The notes beneath the pieces are model-generated. The model was not told the origin of the DNA and made no database searches. It saw nothing but the letters and a program-made list of their open reading frames with translations. Below, one piece after another: positions 28,657 to 38,509 of a stretch of 47,299 nucleotides of DNA (its first letter is position 1; every line of letters begins with the position of its first letter). The stretch comes from Armatimonadota bacterium (GTDB lineage Bacteria; Vulcanimicrobiota; JACPDS01; JBDRKI01), in contig JBDRKI010000001.1 of NCBI GenBank assembly GCA_043814095.1, positions 1 through 47,299 of the forward strand. Direction: 5' to 3'. Position numbers and translations under genes: made by a program.

Positions 28657-30192
28657 ATGCATAATAATAAACTGTACAGTAGAATATTAATACTCCTGCG
28701 CTGGGCCATATTCATTTACATTCTTTCCGAGCTTTTAAAAACACCCGGCAAAGACACGGTTAAATTAATTAACATCTCAAACGAAGTTATACTTGTTTTA
28801 TTCTTTTTATTTTATGCAGCTGCCAGTTTTATAACGCTTAATTACAGAAAAAGAACGGCATATTACGGGCTGATTGCCGCCGACCTTATCTTTTCCGCCC
28901 TCCTGTTTTTATCTTACAGCACCGGGCCCAACACATATCCCAACAATACACTGGCGCTCGTGCTCTGCCTCCCGATACTGGAAGCCGCTTTTATAAGTTT
29001 AAGGGCGGCATTTCTAATTACTTTTATAAGCGGTTTTTTATACCTTGCCTGCCAGGAATTTTTCAAAATAGCATTATTTGAAAAAATGCCCCATTATTTC
29101 CAGACGTCGGATTTCGGATTTGTGATTGTTTTCCTTTTTGTTTCATACCTTGCGGCATATCTTTTTGACACCGCTAGGAAAAAAGAAAAATTATCACATT
29201 CCCTTTTAAAGATACTTGAGATGAGCCAGATATTAAGCAGTAAAAAAAGCAGGCCCGAGGTATTTTCTTCCATTTTAAAAACAATAAAAAAACTTTTTCT
29301 TTGCCATACGGTGGTAATATATCTGCTGGAAGCGGACCCCGAAGGAGAACCTTACTTAAAGGCAGTGGAAGTATCTTCCCCCGCGGGACAGAACTTTATT
29401 GATTTTGATCCCTTAAAAACAGAATCCGTTTTAAGCACTGTTTTCAAGGAAAAACATGGATATATAATTGACGATTTTATAAAACTTAATCAGGGTGATT
29501 TTCTGCCGAAAAACAAAATTATCCGCTCTATCTTAATATCACCTTTAATTTACAACGATAACACAACCGGTTTAATCGTGGTCGCTCACAATACTAAAAA
29601 ATATTTTACCGGTGAAGATTACAATACCCTTAACCTCCTAGCAAGAGAAATCGCGACAAATATGCAGGATTCCGCTTCCGGAGCGGTAATAAAAACAGCC
29701 CGTGAAGCAGAATCTCTGGAAGGCATATATTCCCACGCTTACTTTCACGAGCATCTAAAGAAAACTTTCCAGATATGCAAAAACGCGGATAAAACACTCG
29801 CTCTTTTATTAATTAACGTGGATTACTTTAAAAAAGTAAATGCTCTTTTCGGGCATAATGAAGGCGATTCCTTATTAAAACAGCTCGGCAGCGTTATAAA
29901 AAATGCGGCACGCAAAGAAGACGTGGTCTGCAGGTATGACGCGGACGAGTTTGCCATAATAATGCCGCAGGTAACCAAAGCGGAAACCGCCACATTATCA
30001 GAGAAAATAAGGCAGGCGGTAACAGAACACTGCTTCCTGGTTGGCGGCAAACCCGTCCATATAACGGTAAGCGGAGGCACAGCGGTATTTCCGGACAAAG
30101 TATCAACCGAAGAAGAACTGGTAGAGAAAGCACGCTCAGCGCTTACCATGGCTAAAGGTGGAGGACGAAACAAAATTCTTTTTATAGAATAA
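28657..30192 (+). CDS. Membrane protein: TM - GAF - degenerate GGDEF
   Basis: About 6 TM segments; GAF (RSILISPL..GLI); NVDYFKKVN..GH..GD, RKED I-site, RYDADEF, KGGGRN. Confidence 0.85.
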   Translation: MHNNKLYSRILILLRWAIFIYILSELLKTPGKDTVKLINISNEVILVLFFLFYAAASFITLNYRKRTAYYGLIAADLIFSALLFLSYSTGPNTYPNNTLALVLCLPILEAAFISLRAAFLITFISGFLYLACQEFFKIALFEKMPHYFQTSDFGFVIVFLFVSYLAAYLFDTARKKEKLSHSLLKILEMSQILSSKKSRPEVFSSILKTIKKLFLCHTVVIYLLEADPEGEPYLKAVEVSSPAGQNFIDFDPLKTESVLSTVFKEKHGYIIDDFIKLNQGDFLPKNKIIRSILISPLIYNDNTTGLIVVAHNTKKYFTGEDYNTLNLLAREIATNMQDSASGAVIKTAREAESLEGIYSHAYFHEHLKKTFQICKNADKTLALLLINVDYFKKVNALFGHNEGDSLLKQLGSVIKNAARKEDVVCRYDADEFAIIMPQVTKAETATLSEKIRQAVTEHCFLVGGKPVHITVSGGTAVFPDKVSTEEELVEKARSALTMAKGGGRNKILFIE

Positions 30193-30205
30193 ACCGGGGG
30201 TTAAT

Positions 30206-31915
30206 TTGAATACTACTTTAAATAAAAATAAAATAAACCTGCTTGATACCGAAACACGCGAGCTTATCGCGGCGGGCGAAGTCATAGAAAGACCACTGTC
30301 TGCAGTAAAAGAGCTTATGGAAAATTCCATTGACGCGGGCAGTACTAAAATTACGGTTGAAATAAAGCAGGGCGGCCATACGCAGATCATAATAACCGAT
30401 GACGGCTGCGGCATGAATAAAGAAGATTCCTTAAATTCACTGCAGAGATTCGCGACAAGCAAAATTAAAAAAATAGATGATCTAGAAACTTTAACCAGCC
30501 TGGGATTCAGGGGTGAAGCGGTACCTTCTATCGCTGCGGTTTCAAAGATGCAGATCCTTACAAATGATGATCCCGATAAAACAGGCACAAGTATATATAT
30601 AGAAGGCGGCAAAATTAAAGAGGTTAGGGAAATACCTTACCGGAAAGGCACAAAAATTACCGTTTCGGATATATACTTTAATACCCCTGCAAGGCGCAAA
30701 TTCCAGAAAGCCGCATCAACGGAATTCACCCAAATTTACAACCTTGTGAATAAATACGCCTTTTATTATAAGGACATACATTTTATCCTTATAAATAACG
30801 GGAAAGAGGCCTTAAACCTGCCTTCCCAGCTTGATAACCTTACAAAATTCACAAGATTCATAAAACAGGATAAGGAAAACTTTGTTAATATAGAAGCGGC
30901 TACTTCTTCAATGAAGATATCCGGTTTTATATCAGACCCGGAAACAACAAAAAAATCAAGAGACGGGCAGGTAATATTCATAAACGGCAGGATAATTAAA
31001 CCCGGCACCGTAAACCAGGCCTTAAATGAAGCATACTCACAGTATACCGAAAGGGGCCGGTTCCCCTACTGCCTTTTATTTATAAGCATAGACCCGTCCC
31101 GGATAGACGTAAACGTGCACCCGACCAAAAGCGAAATAAGATTCAGCGACTCCTCACAGGTTTACAAAACGGTCTTTAACGCGGTCATACAAAAACTGAG
31201 ACAGACCGCTTCCCCTGTATCAGATTTCCAAGCATATGATACTTCCTCTCAATTTAATAACACAACAGCAGCATCGTATGAAAATATAGGTTTTTCATTT
31301 ACAGAAAGAACTGCGGAGGATACAGAATATACCCCGCAGGATTTATCTATTTACGGACAGATAAACGAAACTTACGCTTATACAATAACAGGGGGAAATA
31401 TAATAATCTTTGATATCCATGCCGCTCATGAAAGAATAAATTACGAAAAATTTAAAAACAAGCTAAAATCAACAGAAACCGTCAACCAGAAACTCTTAGA
31501 TCCCGTGGTAATTGAGCTTACAAAACAGCAGCAGGAAATTTTAAATAAAGAAATATCCTTGTTTAAAAACATGGGATTTGAGATAGAAGAATTCGGTAAA
31601 GATTCCTTTATAATACACTCAATCCCGCAGAATATACCTTCAAAGAACATAAAAAGCTACCTTTCGGATCTTTTTACCGAGCTTGAGAGCGAATATTCAA
31701 ATTACAAATCAACCGATGAAGCAACAGAAGCCGTTATAAAAAGCATGGCATGTAAAGCATCGGCAAAATCAGGAGAAAAGCTTAATTACTATGAAATAAA
31801 GAAATTATTTGAAGATTTAAATAAAACAGAGAACCCTGCAAGATGCCCTCACGGCAGACCTGCATTCGTAAAATTCACGAACAAAGAACTTGATAAGATG
31901 TTTAAAAGGACTTAA
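30206..31915 (+). CDS. mutL: DNA mismatch repair protein MutL
   Basis: IAAGEVIERP, KEL.ENS.DAG, DDGCG, LGFRGEA, DVNVHP.K, DIHAAHERINYE, ACK, CPHGRP endonuclease motifs; TTG start. Confidence 0.96.
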   Translation: MNTTLNKNKINLLDTETRELIAAGEVIERPLSAVKELMENSIDAGSTKITVEIKQGGHTQIIITDDGCGMNKEDSLNSLQRFATSKIKKIDDLETLTSLGFRGEAVPSIAAVSKMQILTNDDPDKTGTSIYIEGGKIKEVREIPYRKGTKITVSDIYFNTPARRKFQKAASTEFTQIYNLVNKYAFYYKDIHFILINNGKEALNLPSQLDNLTKFTRFIKQDKENFVNIEAATSSMKISGFISDPETTKKSRDGQVIFINGRIIKPGTVNQALNEAYSQYTERGRFPYCLLFISIDPSRIDVNVHPTKSEIRFSDSSQVYKTVFNAVIQKLRQTASPVSDFQAYDTSSQFNNTTAASYENIGFSFTERTAEDTEYTPQDLSIYGQINETYAYTITGGNIIIFDIHAAHERINYEKFKNKLKSTETVNQKLLDPVVIELTKQQQEILNKEISLFKNMGFEIEEFGKDSFIIHSIPQNIPSKNIKSYLSDLFTELESEYSNYKSTDEATEAVIKSMACKASAKSGEKLNYYEIKKLFEDLNKTENPARCPHGRPAFVKFTNKELDKMFKRT

Positions 31916-31954
31916 TTAAATAAAGCCTGTTAATAATAATGATAAGATATAACA

Positions 31955-32881
31955 ATGAATAAAAAACTTATAATTCTACTCGGGCCAACGGCTTCGGGAA
32001 AAACAAAATACTCTCTGCTTTTAGCGCAAAAGTTGAAAACCGAAATAGTTATATCGGACTCGCGCCAGGTATATAAACATCTTGATATAGGTACGGCAAA
32101 ACCCTCAAATAAAGAGCGGAAGAAAATAAAGCATCACCTTATTGATATTATAACTCCCCCTGAGGGCTTTAACCTTGCAGTTTACCAGAATAAAGCTTTT
32201 AAAACAATAAAAGCTTTATTTGAAAAACACGATAATGTCATTTTATCCGGCGGGACAGCCCTTTACATAGACGCCGTATGTAAAGCGTATAACCTGCCCG
32301 CGCATGACGGTGACTTATCCGCTACAAGAAAAAAGCTTGAAGATGAAGTAAAAAAGCACGGGCTTGCGCATTTATATGAAAAGCTTAAAGAAAAAGATCC
32401 CGAGTCCGCGGGTAAAATCCATCCCAATGACAAAATAAGAATACTTAGGGCGCTTGAAGTTTCACATCTCTCGGGCAGGTCAATAAGCTCCTTTAAGACC
32501 CTTTATCCCCACCCTTTAAACTGCTCCATAATAAAAATAGGGTTTGCGATGGAAAGGGAAAAGCTTTACAACAGGATAAACGCGAGGGTTGAAGAGATGA
32601 TAAAAGAAGGATTATTGGACGAATGCGGTAAATTAATATCACTGGGGTATAAAGAGAGCATAGAGGCAAAAGGGATTATTGGGTATAACGAGATGTTTAA
32701 ATATCTTGAAGGCAGTCTCTCTTTAGAAGAAGCAACCGAACTTTTAAAAAAGAACACGAGAAACTACGCAAAGCGCCAGCTGACCTGGTTCCGGCGCGAT
32801 AAAGACATACACTGGATAGATCTGGATAAAAACAATACGGATAAAGAAGTTATAAAAAAGCTCTTACAAATAATACAATAA
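31955..32881 (+). CDS. miaA: tRNA dimethylallyltransferase
   Basis: [42 protein letters not shown]. Confidence 0.96.
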   Translation: MNKKLIILLGPTASGKTKYSLLLAQKLKTEIVISDSRQVYKHLDIGTAKPSNKERKKIKHHLIDIITPPEGFNLAVYQNKAFKTIKALFEKHDNVILSGGTALYIDAVCKAYNLPAHDGDLSATRKKLEDEVKKHGLAHLYEKLKEKDPESAGKIHPNDKIRILRALEVSHLSGRSISSFKTLYPHPLNCSIIKIGFAMEREKLYNRINARVEEMIKEGLLDECGKLISLGYKESIEAKGIIGYNEMFKYLEGSLSLEEATELLKKNTRNYAKRQLTWFRRDKDIHWIDLDKNNTDKEVIKKLLQIIQ

Positions 32882-32894
32882 CAAGGGGGCTTCT

Positions 32895-33161
32895 ATGGGA
32901 ATAAACCTGCAGGACGCGTATCTTCTGCAAGTTAAAAAAAACAGGGAACTTGTCACGATTTACCTTGTAAACGGCATACAGTTAAGAGGCGCCGTTAAGG
33001 GTTTTGACAACTTTACCGTATTTATCGAAAACCATGACGGAAAAATACAGCTTGTCTATAAACACGCGATTACGACAGTCCAGACCGTTAAATCCTCAAT
33101 GTCAGACTTTATAGCCGGCCAGCTTAATAAAGAAGCAACCGCGCATTCCAAAGAAAGCTGA
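32895..33161 (+). CDS. hfq: RNA chaperone Hfq
   Basis: [33 protein letters not shown]; miaA-hfq synteny. Confidence 0.95.
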   Translation: MGINLQDAYLLQVKKNRELVTIYLVNGIQLRGAVKGFDNFTVFIENHDGKIQLVYKHAITTVQTVKSSMSDFIAGQLNKEATAHSKES

Positions 33162-33165
33162 GAGA

Positions 33166-33996
33166 ATGAAAATAAAGTTTACAAAAATGCACGGCCTCGG
33201 CAATGATTTCATTATTGTTGACGGCCGTTTCTTAAAAAACATTAATTATAAAAAAATAGCCGTTACTTACTGCCGCAGGGCTTTCGGGATAGGTTCGGAC
33301 GGCCTTATAATCCTTGCAAAGAGCGGAAAAGCTGATTTTAAGATGCTCTTCTATAATCCTGACGGGTCAACGGCCGCGATGTGCGGCAACGGCATAAGGT
33401 GTCTTGCAAAATACATATACAATAAAAAGCTCAGCAAGAAAAAACTGATCTCAATAGAAACACCTGCGGGTGTAAAAGAAGTTAAAATACTTGCAAATAA
33501 CAATGCGGAAGTATCCTTGGGAAAACCCGTATTTGAGCCCGGAAATATTCCCGTAAAGGTAAAATCAAAAAAATATATATTAAATTATCCTATAAAAATC
33601 AAGAATAAAGTATTTAATATAAACTGCGTATCTTTCGGCAACCCGCATTGTGTAATCTTTATAAATAAAACACCCCTGGAAAAACTTATAGATTACGCGG
33701 ATGATATTTCAAACAGTAAAATATTCCCCGAGAAAGCCAATGTTGAATTCGTGCACCTTTTAACCAAAACCCATATCAAAGTTTTTGTATGGGAGCGCGG
33801 GGCAGGCCCTACCCTTGCCTGCGGCACGGGCGCAGCAGCAGCCGCTGTCATATCGCATATTGTAAAAGGGACAGACAGAAAAATTAAAGCAACACTCCCG
33901 GGCGGCAATCTATACGTAACCTGGGATAAAAAAGATAACCAGGTTTACTTAAGAGGCCCTGCAGAAACGGTATTTGAAGGGGAAATTAATATTTAA
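33166..33996 (+). CDS. dapF: Diaminopimelate epimerase
   Basis: FTKMHGLGNDF, NPDGS.A.MCGNG.RC, GNPH, ERGAG.TLACGTG, LPGG. Confidence 0.96.
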   Translation: MKIKFTKMHGLGNDFIIVDGRFLKNINYKKIAVTYCRRAFGIGSDGLIILAKSGKADFKMLFYNPDGSTAAMCGNGIRCLAKYIYNKKLSKKKLISIETPAGVKEVKILANNNAEVSLGKPVFEPGNIPVKVKSKKYILNYPIKIKNKVFNINCVSFGNPHCVIFINKTPLEKLIDYADDISNSKIFPEKANVEFVHLLTKTHIKVFVWERGAGPTLACGTGAAAAAVISHIVKGTDRKIKATLPGGNLYVTWDKKDNQVYLRGPAETVFEGEINI

Positions 33997-34051
33997 CTCC
34001 CCTATTTATTTCTTTCTTTTCTTATTTTTCATTATAATATAAGGTGTTTTT

Positions 34052-34096
34052 TGTTAACATTTTGTTAACAACTTTATATTAAAATACTGCTATAAT
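34052..34096 (+). promoter_or_regulatory. GTTAAC direct repeats (11-bp period) plus extended -10
   Basis: TGTTAACA at 34052 and 34063; TGcTATAAT at 34088-34096. Confidence 0.65.
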
Positions 34097-34117
34097 ATAA
34101 TCAATAAGGATTTTATT

Positions 34118-34564
34118 ATGAATATAAAAACAGCATATACAGTAATTCCTGCCGAATACCGGAAAAGATTCTCACAGCAGGAACTTAACATTGCGGAAAT
34201 AATAAGGATTATAAAAGAAAATTATAAATATATTCCGGATAATATAAAGGAATTAAATGAGAAGCTCTCCGTTTTATTCTATAAAACCCAGATATATAAA
34301 GATAACCTTGAAAGCTTGAAAAAATCAAGAAAAAGTTTCGTTATTAAAGATTCTGAGGATAAAGTTAAAAAAATCCGGGCAAAAATCACTTTCAATCAAA
34401 TTAAAGAAAAAGAGATGCTGTTAAAGCTGAAAAAAGAGTTCCTGCTATGGTATAAAGAGCAGGATAATGCAGAAAAGAAAAACCTTATCGAAAAATTATT
34501 CAATAAAAAATGGCGGGATATGACAAATATAAAAAACTTGCTCAAATACGGAGGTATCTCATGA
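34118..34564 (+). CDS. Hypothetical coiled-coil protein, paralog of 224..688
   Basis: 148-aa ORF; C-terminal similarity and shared promoter with 224..688. Confidence 0.7.
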   Translation: MNIKTAYTVIPAEYRKRFSQQELNIAEIIRIIKENYKYIPDNIKELNEKLSVLFYKTQIYKDNLESLKKSRKSFVIKDSEDKVKKIRAKITFNQIKEKEMLLKLKKEFLLWYKEQDNAEKKNLIEKLFNKKWRDMTNIKNLLKYGGIS

Positions 34565-35340
34565 ATATTAATCCTATAAACCCTTTTGATAAAACTTCTT
34601 TTTACGGGAAAAGTAAAAATACACGCGAAAAAATAATAGAAGCAAGGGAAGAAGCCGCAAAAGCGGCCGCAGCAGCCATAATGGAAGCAGAAGCGAAAAA
34701 GAAAGAAAAAATGGAAACGGACTTTGTTTTTCAAGCCCGTTTTGATTCTGAAATACCGCCACAGGCCCAAAAAGTTGTCCGGGAATTCATAAAAGTCTCC
34801 ATTATGTCCATACTCTCGGGCATACCTGAAGATATGGAAAACCCCCTTAGCTTTTCCGGCAAAAAAATTATTCCCGAAGACAATACTGTAACATTAATAG
34901 TAGGTGATCTTAAAAAGAACATTAAAAAAGAAACAGGAGCCGATACAGATAAAATGGAAGCCTACAGTTCCATAAAGCTGGACGGGATGACCGTGGCCAT
35001 GAAAATACTTAACCCCGCGAAAAAGACCCGCATAAAAAAACTGGCTATATTCCTTGACGGTAACGAGCTTCTTAAAAAGGGATCCGGCTTTGAACCCTGG
35101 CTTGTCGCGTTAAATCATGAGATATGCGGCCATTTCCGCCAGCACTTAGACGATACTGTGCCGGCGGACGGAAATAAAGAAGAATACATCGCTTATAAAA
35201 CCAGCAATAAAGTATTGAGTAATATTATTGAAAATTTCAAAAAAATTAATGCCCCTCAGAGAATAATTAAAAACCTTGAGATACTGCTGGAAAAAGATAA
35301 AAAGACAGAGACTTTATACAGAAAAAAAGCCGGATTATAA
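34561..35340 (+). CDS. Hypothetical protein with HExxGH...EE metallopeptidase-like motif
   Basis: Start moved to ATG 34561 (RBS GGAGGT at 34550-55, ATGA coupling); LNHEICGHFRQH...KEEYIAY. Confidence 0.6.
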   Translation: MNINPINPFDKTSFYGKSKNTREKIIEAREEAAKAAAAAIMEAEAKKKEKMETDFVFQARFDSEIPPQAQKVVREFIKVSIMSILSGIPEDMENPLSFSGKKIIPEDNTVTLIVGDLKKNIKKETGADTDKMEAYSSIKLDGMTVAMKILNPAKKTRIKKLAIFLDGNELLKKGSGFEPWLVALNHEICGHFRQHLDDTVPADGNKEEYIAYKTSNKVLSNIIENFKKINAPQRIIKNLEILLEKDKKTETLYRKKAGL

Positions 35341-35378
35341 TATTATTCCTCTTACAGCTTGCTTATATATAATACTTA

Positions 35379-35431
35379 TTGACAAATGTTCAAATTAAAT
35401 GTACAATTAAAATGTAAGATAAATATGTATA
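35379..35431 (+). promoter_or_regulatory. TA-operon promoter with periodic operator half-sites
   Basis: TTGACA (35379) - 17 bp - TACAAT (35402); TGTTCA/TGTACA/TGTAAG/TGTATA at 35387, 35400, 35413, 35426. Confidence 0.7.
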
Positions 35432-35450
35432 TATGGAGTGTGATATTATT

Positions 35451-35702
35451 ATGGCAAAAATCGTCAAAGCTACCGCCCTAAGAAACCATCTGGCAGATGT
35501 ATTAAAAGAAGTTTTTAACAAAGAGAAGTTCCTATTTGTTTCTAACAGAGGTAAACTTGTTTCCGTGCTTGTAAATATTGATTTTTTTGAGGATCTTATT
35601 ATGAACGCATCTTCGGAATACTTAGAAAGCATAAAAGAAGCCAGAGAAGAATATGAAAAGGGAGAAATATTTACCGAAGAGGAAATTTTCGGGGACATAT
35701 AA
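35451..35702 (+). CDS. Phd/YefM family antitoxin
   Basis: ATALRNHLADVL..V, V.NRGK.V.VLV, acidic C-terminus; likely start 35451 after GGAG. Confidence 0.85.
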   Translation: MAKIVKATALRNHLADVLKEVFNKEKFLFVSNRGKLVSVLVNIDFFEDLIMNASSEYLESIKEAREEYEKGEIFTEEEIFGDI

Positions 35703-35956
35703 TGCAGAATTATAATTTAATATTTACCAAAAAATCTGCAAAAGACATAAAGAAAATAGATATACTGGTCCAAAGAAAAATAAAAGAATTCTTTTCGGCT
35801 TTTAAAAAAAATCCGTTTAAGTATTCAAAAAAACTAAAATATGAGAAAAGCGGCCAATACCGGGCTAAATTTAAAAATTACAGAATAATTTTTGATATAG
35901 ATAAGAATAAAATAATAATATTAAGAATCGGCCACAGAAAAGATATTTATTTTTAA
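35702..35956 (+). CDS. RelE/ParE family toxin
   Basis: Y.L.FT..SAKDIKK, KKL, YR..F.NYRIIF.I, IGHRKDIY; coupled to the antitoxin. Confidence 0.88.
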   Translation: MQNYNLIFTKKSAKDIKKIDILVQRKIKEFFSAFKKNPFKYSKKLKYEKSGQYRAKFKNYRIIFDIDKNKIIILRIGHRKDIYF

Positions 35957-35964
35957 AAATACAT

Positions 35965-37041
35965 TTATTCCTCTTCCAGCTTGCTTTTAAACACATCCAG
36001 AAGGTTTAAAGTCACGGCAAATATAACAGGCCCCATAATAAGGCCCAAAGGCCCCATTACCATAAGGCCGCCCAATATGCCGAAGAATGTTGCCAGTATA
36101 TGAAGATGAATCTTCTTCCCCACAAGTATAGGCCTTAAGAAATTGTCTATTAAGCTCACTACCAGAAGACCCCATAAGAATAAGACTATGCCCTGCCAGT
36201 ACATTCCCTTTATTATTAATATAATAGAAGCCGGAACCCATATACCCGGCGTGCCCACAAGGGGTATAAAGCTGAATAAAACGGTAACAGCTCCCCATAA
36301 TATGGGAGATCCCGCTCCAAGAACCCAGAAGCTGAACCCCAAAAGAATGCCCTGGACTATACCTATAACAAGCCATCCGTAAATAGTGGCTTTTATGGTC
36401 TCAGCGATCCTGTCAAAAACTCTTTCCGTGTCATCATCGGATAAGGGAACAAAAGCTTTGATATATGAGAGTATTCTTTTGCCGTCCCTTATCAAAAAGA
36501 ATGTGATGATAAAAGCCATAATCATGTAAAAGACGCTTACTGCTATATTCTTTGCGATAATTATGCCCTTTAAACCTATATAAGAGCTTGTGGATTTAAA
36601 GACTTCTATAACGGTATCTTCAATATTTATCTTTTTACTCGCCAGGAAATCCGTTACATACCTGGTAAATTTGTTTTCGGGTATATGGGTAAAATTCTTT
36701 ATATTATCTTCCGTAAAAAATACCTGCACATTTTTGCTTAAATCCACCGATTCACCTATGGCGGCATCCAGTATGAAATATGCCGGCACCACAACAAGAC
36801 CAACCAGTATCACGCACGCCAGCAATGCGCATAAAGAATTATTTTTAATCTTTCTGTTTAACAGGGCAAATATAGGGTATGCGATAATGGTTAAGGCAAG
36901 CGCCCAGCCCAGAGCTTTCGTGAAAGGCTTAAGCATTAAAATGCAGAGCCATACAAACACGGCAAGGACCAGCAGAAACAGCCCTGTCTGGAAATGCTGG
37001 GTATTTAAAAAACTTTTGTCTTTAGTATTAAATAATTTCAT
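35965..37041 (-). CDS. AI-2E family transporter
   Basis: Multi-TM; FF.I.DG, QG, IPLVG, DNFLRP, GG..MG..G.IMGP. Confidence 0.9.
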   Translation of the reverse strand: MKLFNTKDKSFLNTQHFQTGLFLLVLAVFVWLCILMLKPFTKALGWALALTIIAYPIFALLNRKIKNNSLCALLACVILVGLVVVPAYFILDAAIGESVDLSKNVQVFFTEDNIKNFTHIPENKFTRYVTDFLASKKINIEDTVIEVFKSTSSYIGLKGIIIAKNIAVSVFYMIMAFIITFFLIRDGKRILSYIKAFVPLSDDDTERVFDRIAETIKATIYGWLVIGIVQGILLGFSFWVLGAGSPILWGAVTVLFSFIPLVGTPGIWVPASIILIIKGMYWQGIVLFLWGLLVVSLIDNFLRPILVGKKIHLHILATFFGILGGLMVMGPLGLIMGPVIFAVTLNLLDVFKSKLEEE

Positions 37042-37087
37042 AATACTTTTTATTTCTTTGTTTTTAAGATAAATCCTTTTAATATTT

Positions 37088-37119
37088 ATAGGGGACGGAC
37101 AATTTTGTCCGTCCCCTAT
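37088..37119. repeat. Perfect GC-rich palindrome (REP-like hairpin)
   Basis: ATAGGGGACGGACAA-tt-TTGTCCGTCCCCTAT, 15-bp arms. Confidence 0.75.
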
Positions 37120-37144
37120 CCGGTTAACCCTGTTTTTTTTTGTT

Positions 37145-38488
37145 TTATACCTTGCTTACTTCCATTCTCTCCCAGAGTTTCTTGGTCAGCTCTTTGGATT
37201 TTCTCGCTATCTCTTCTTCGTCAATGTTAAGCTTCAGAATCTTATTCTCCATGAGAACCTTGCCGTTGCAGATAGTCGTATCAACAAATGACTGGGAAAC
37301 ACCGTATCCGAAGTGCCCCAGGAATGTCCCGTCACTTAAAGGCGTCGGGGCGTAATAATCAATTAATATTACGTCTGCCGCGCCGCCTTCGGTTAAAGTA
37401 CCCAGACCCAGATCCCAGTATTTAGAAGCTATCTTTACATTGTTAACAAGAAGCGCGTTAAACGCTTCGCAGAATCCCACACTGGGGTTATCATGCTTAA
37501 GATGCTGGGCCCATAAAGCAACGCGTACTTCTTCCATCATGTTCACGGTCATGGCATCCGTGCCGAGGCCCACCGTTATGCCTTTTTCCGTCATCTTTAT
37601 TATATCCGCGATACCCACGGCGTTATTCATATTGGACTGCGGGTTATGCACGACATTTGTTCCCGTCTCGGCTAAAAGATCCATCTCTTTATCATTAATG
37701 TGCACACAGTGCGCGCATATTGTTTTAGGTCCCAGAATACCGTATTTATTAAACCTTTCAACAACCCTCATCCCGAAATTCTTCACATTGTACTCTTGGT
37801 CTGACGCGGCTTCTGCTGTATGAACATGGAATCCCGTACCGAGCTCTTTACCGGCGGAGGCGGCTTCTTCCATTGTTTTATCGGTAACAGTAAAGGAAGC
37901 ATGCAGTCCGAATAAAGCTCTTAACTGATCATCATTTTCTTTTTTGCATCTTTTTATAAAATTGATGTTCTCTTCTATGCCTTCACGGGCAATTTTCTCG
38001 CCGTCCCTGTCTGAAAGCTCATAGCATAAAGAAGCGCGTACGCCCGCTTCTTTAACTGCTTTGGCTATTACGTCCAGAGAACCGGTAGCGGCTCCGGGAG
38101 ACGCGTGATGATCAATATATGTTGTCGTACCGTACCTTATGCCGTTAAGAAGGGGTATTATTGTGGAATAATAGCAGTCATCAATGGTAAGCTTCTTATC
38201 CAGCTTCCACCAGAGATGTTTTAAAACTTCAACAAAATCTTTTGAAGGCTCGGCTCCGCCGTAACCGCGCACCATAGTGCTGTAAAAATGCATATGCGCG
38301 TTTATAAAGCCGGGCATGATAAGTTTGCCGTGCGCGTCTATTATCTTATCGTAACTGTCCTTAAACTCGCCTTCAGGGGCTATCCTTTTAATCTTAGTCC
38401 CTTCAATAAGCAGTGAGTGGCCGTATAAAACCTTATTATTCCCGCCGCCTGTGGCTATAATGCCGTTCTTAATAAGTATTGTACTCAT
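37145..38488 (-). CDS. ssnA: Metal-dependent amidohydrolase, SsnA-like
   Basis: PGFINAHMHFYS, LWWKLD, GTTT.IDHHASP, GLHASFT, HVHTAE, HNPQSNMNNAVG, LGTD. Confidence 0.8.
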   Translation of the reverse strand: MSTILIKNGIIATGGGNNKVLYGHSLLIEGTKIKRIAPEGEFKDSYDKIIDAHGKLIMPGFINAHMHFYSTMVRGYGGAEPSKDFVEVLKHLWWKLDKKLTIDDCYYSTIIPLLNGIRYGTTTYIDHHASPGAATGSLDVIAKAVKEAGVRASLCYELSDRDGEKIAREGIEENINFIKRCKKENDDQLRALFGLHASFTVTDKTMEEAASAGKELGTGFHVHTAEAASDQEYNVKNFGMRVVERFNKYGILGPKTICAHCVHINDKEMDLLAETGTNVVHNPQSNMNNAVGIADIIKMTEKGITVGLGTDAMTVNMMEEVRVALWAQHLKHDNPSVGFCEAFNALLVNNVKIASKYWDLGLGTLTEGGAADVILIDYYAPTPLSDGTFLGHFGYGVSQSFVDTTICNGKVLMENKILKLNIDEEEIARKSKELTKKLWERMEVSKV

Positions 38489-38509
38489 TTTTTCCTCCTC
38501 GGTTAAAAT

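Noticed and set aside
34510-34560. Longer N-terminus for the 34510..35340 ORF
   Set aside because: Would overlap the upstream gene by 55 bp; RBS and ATGA coupling favour 34561
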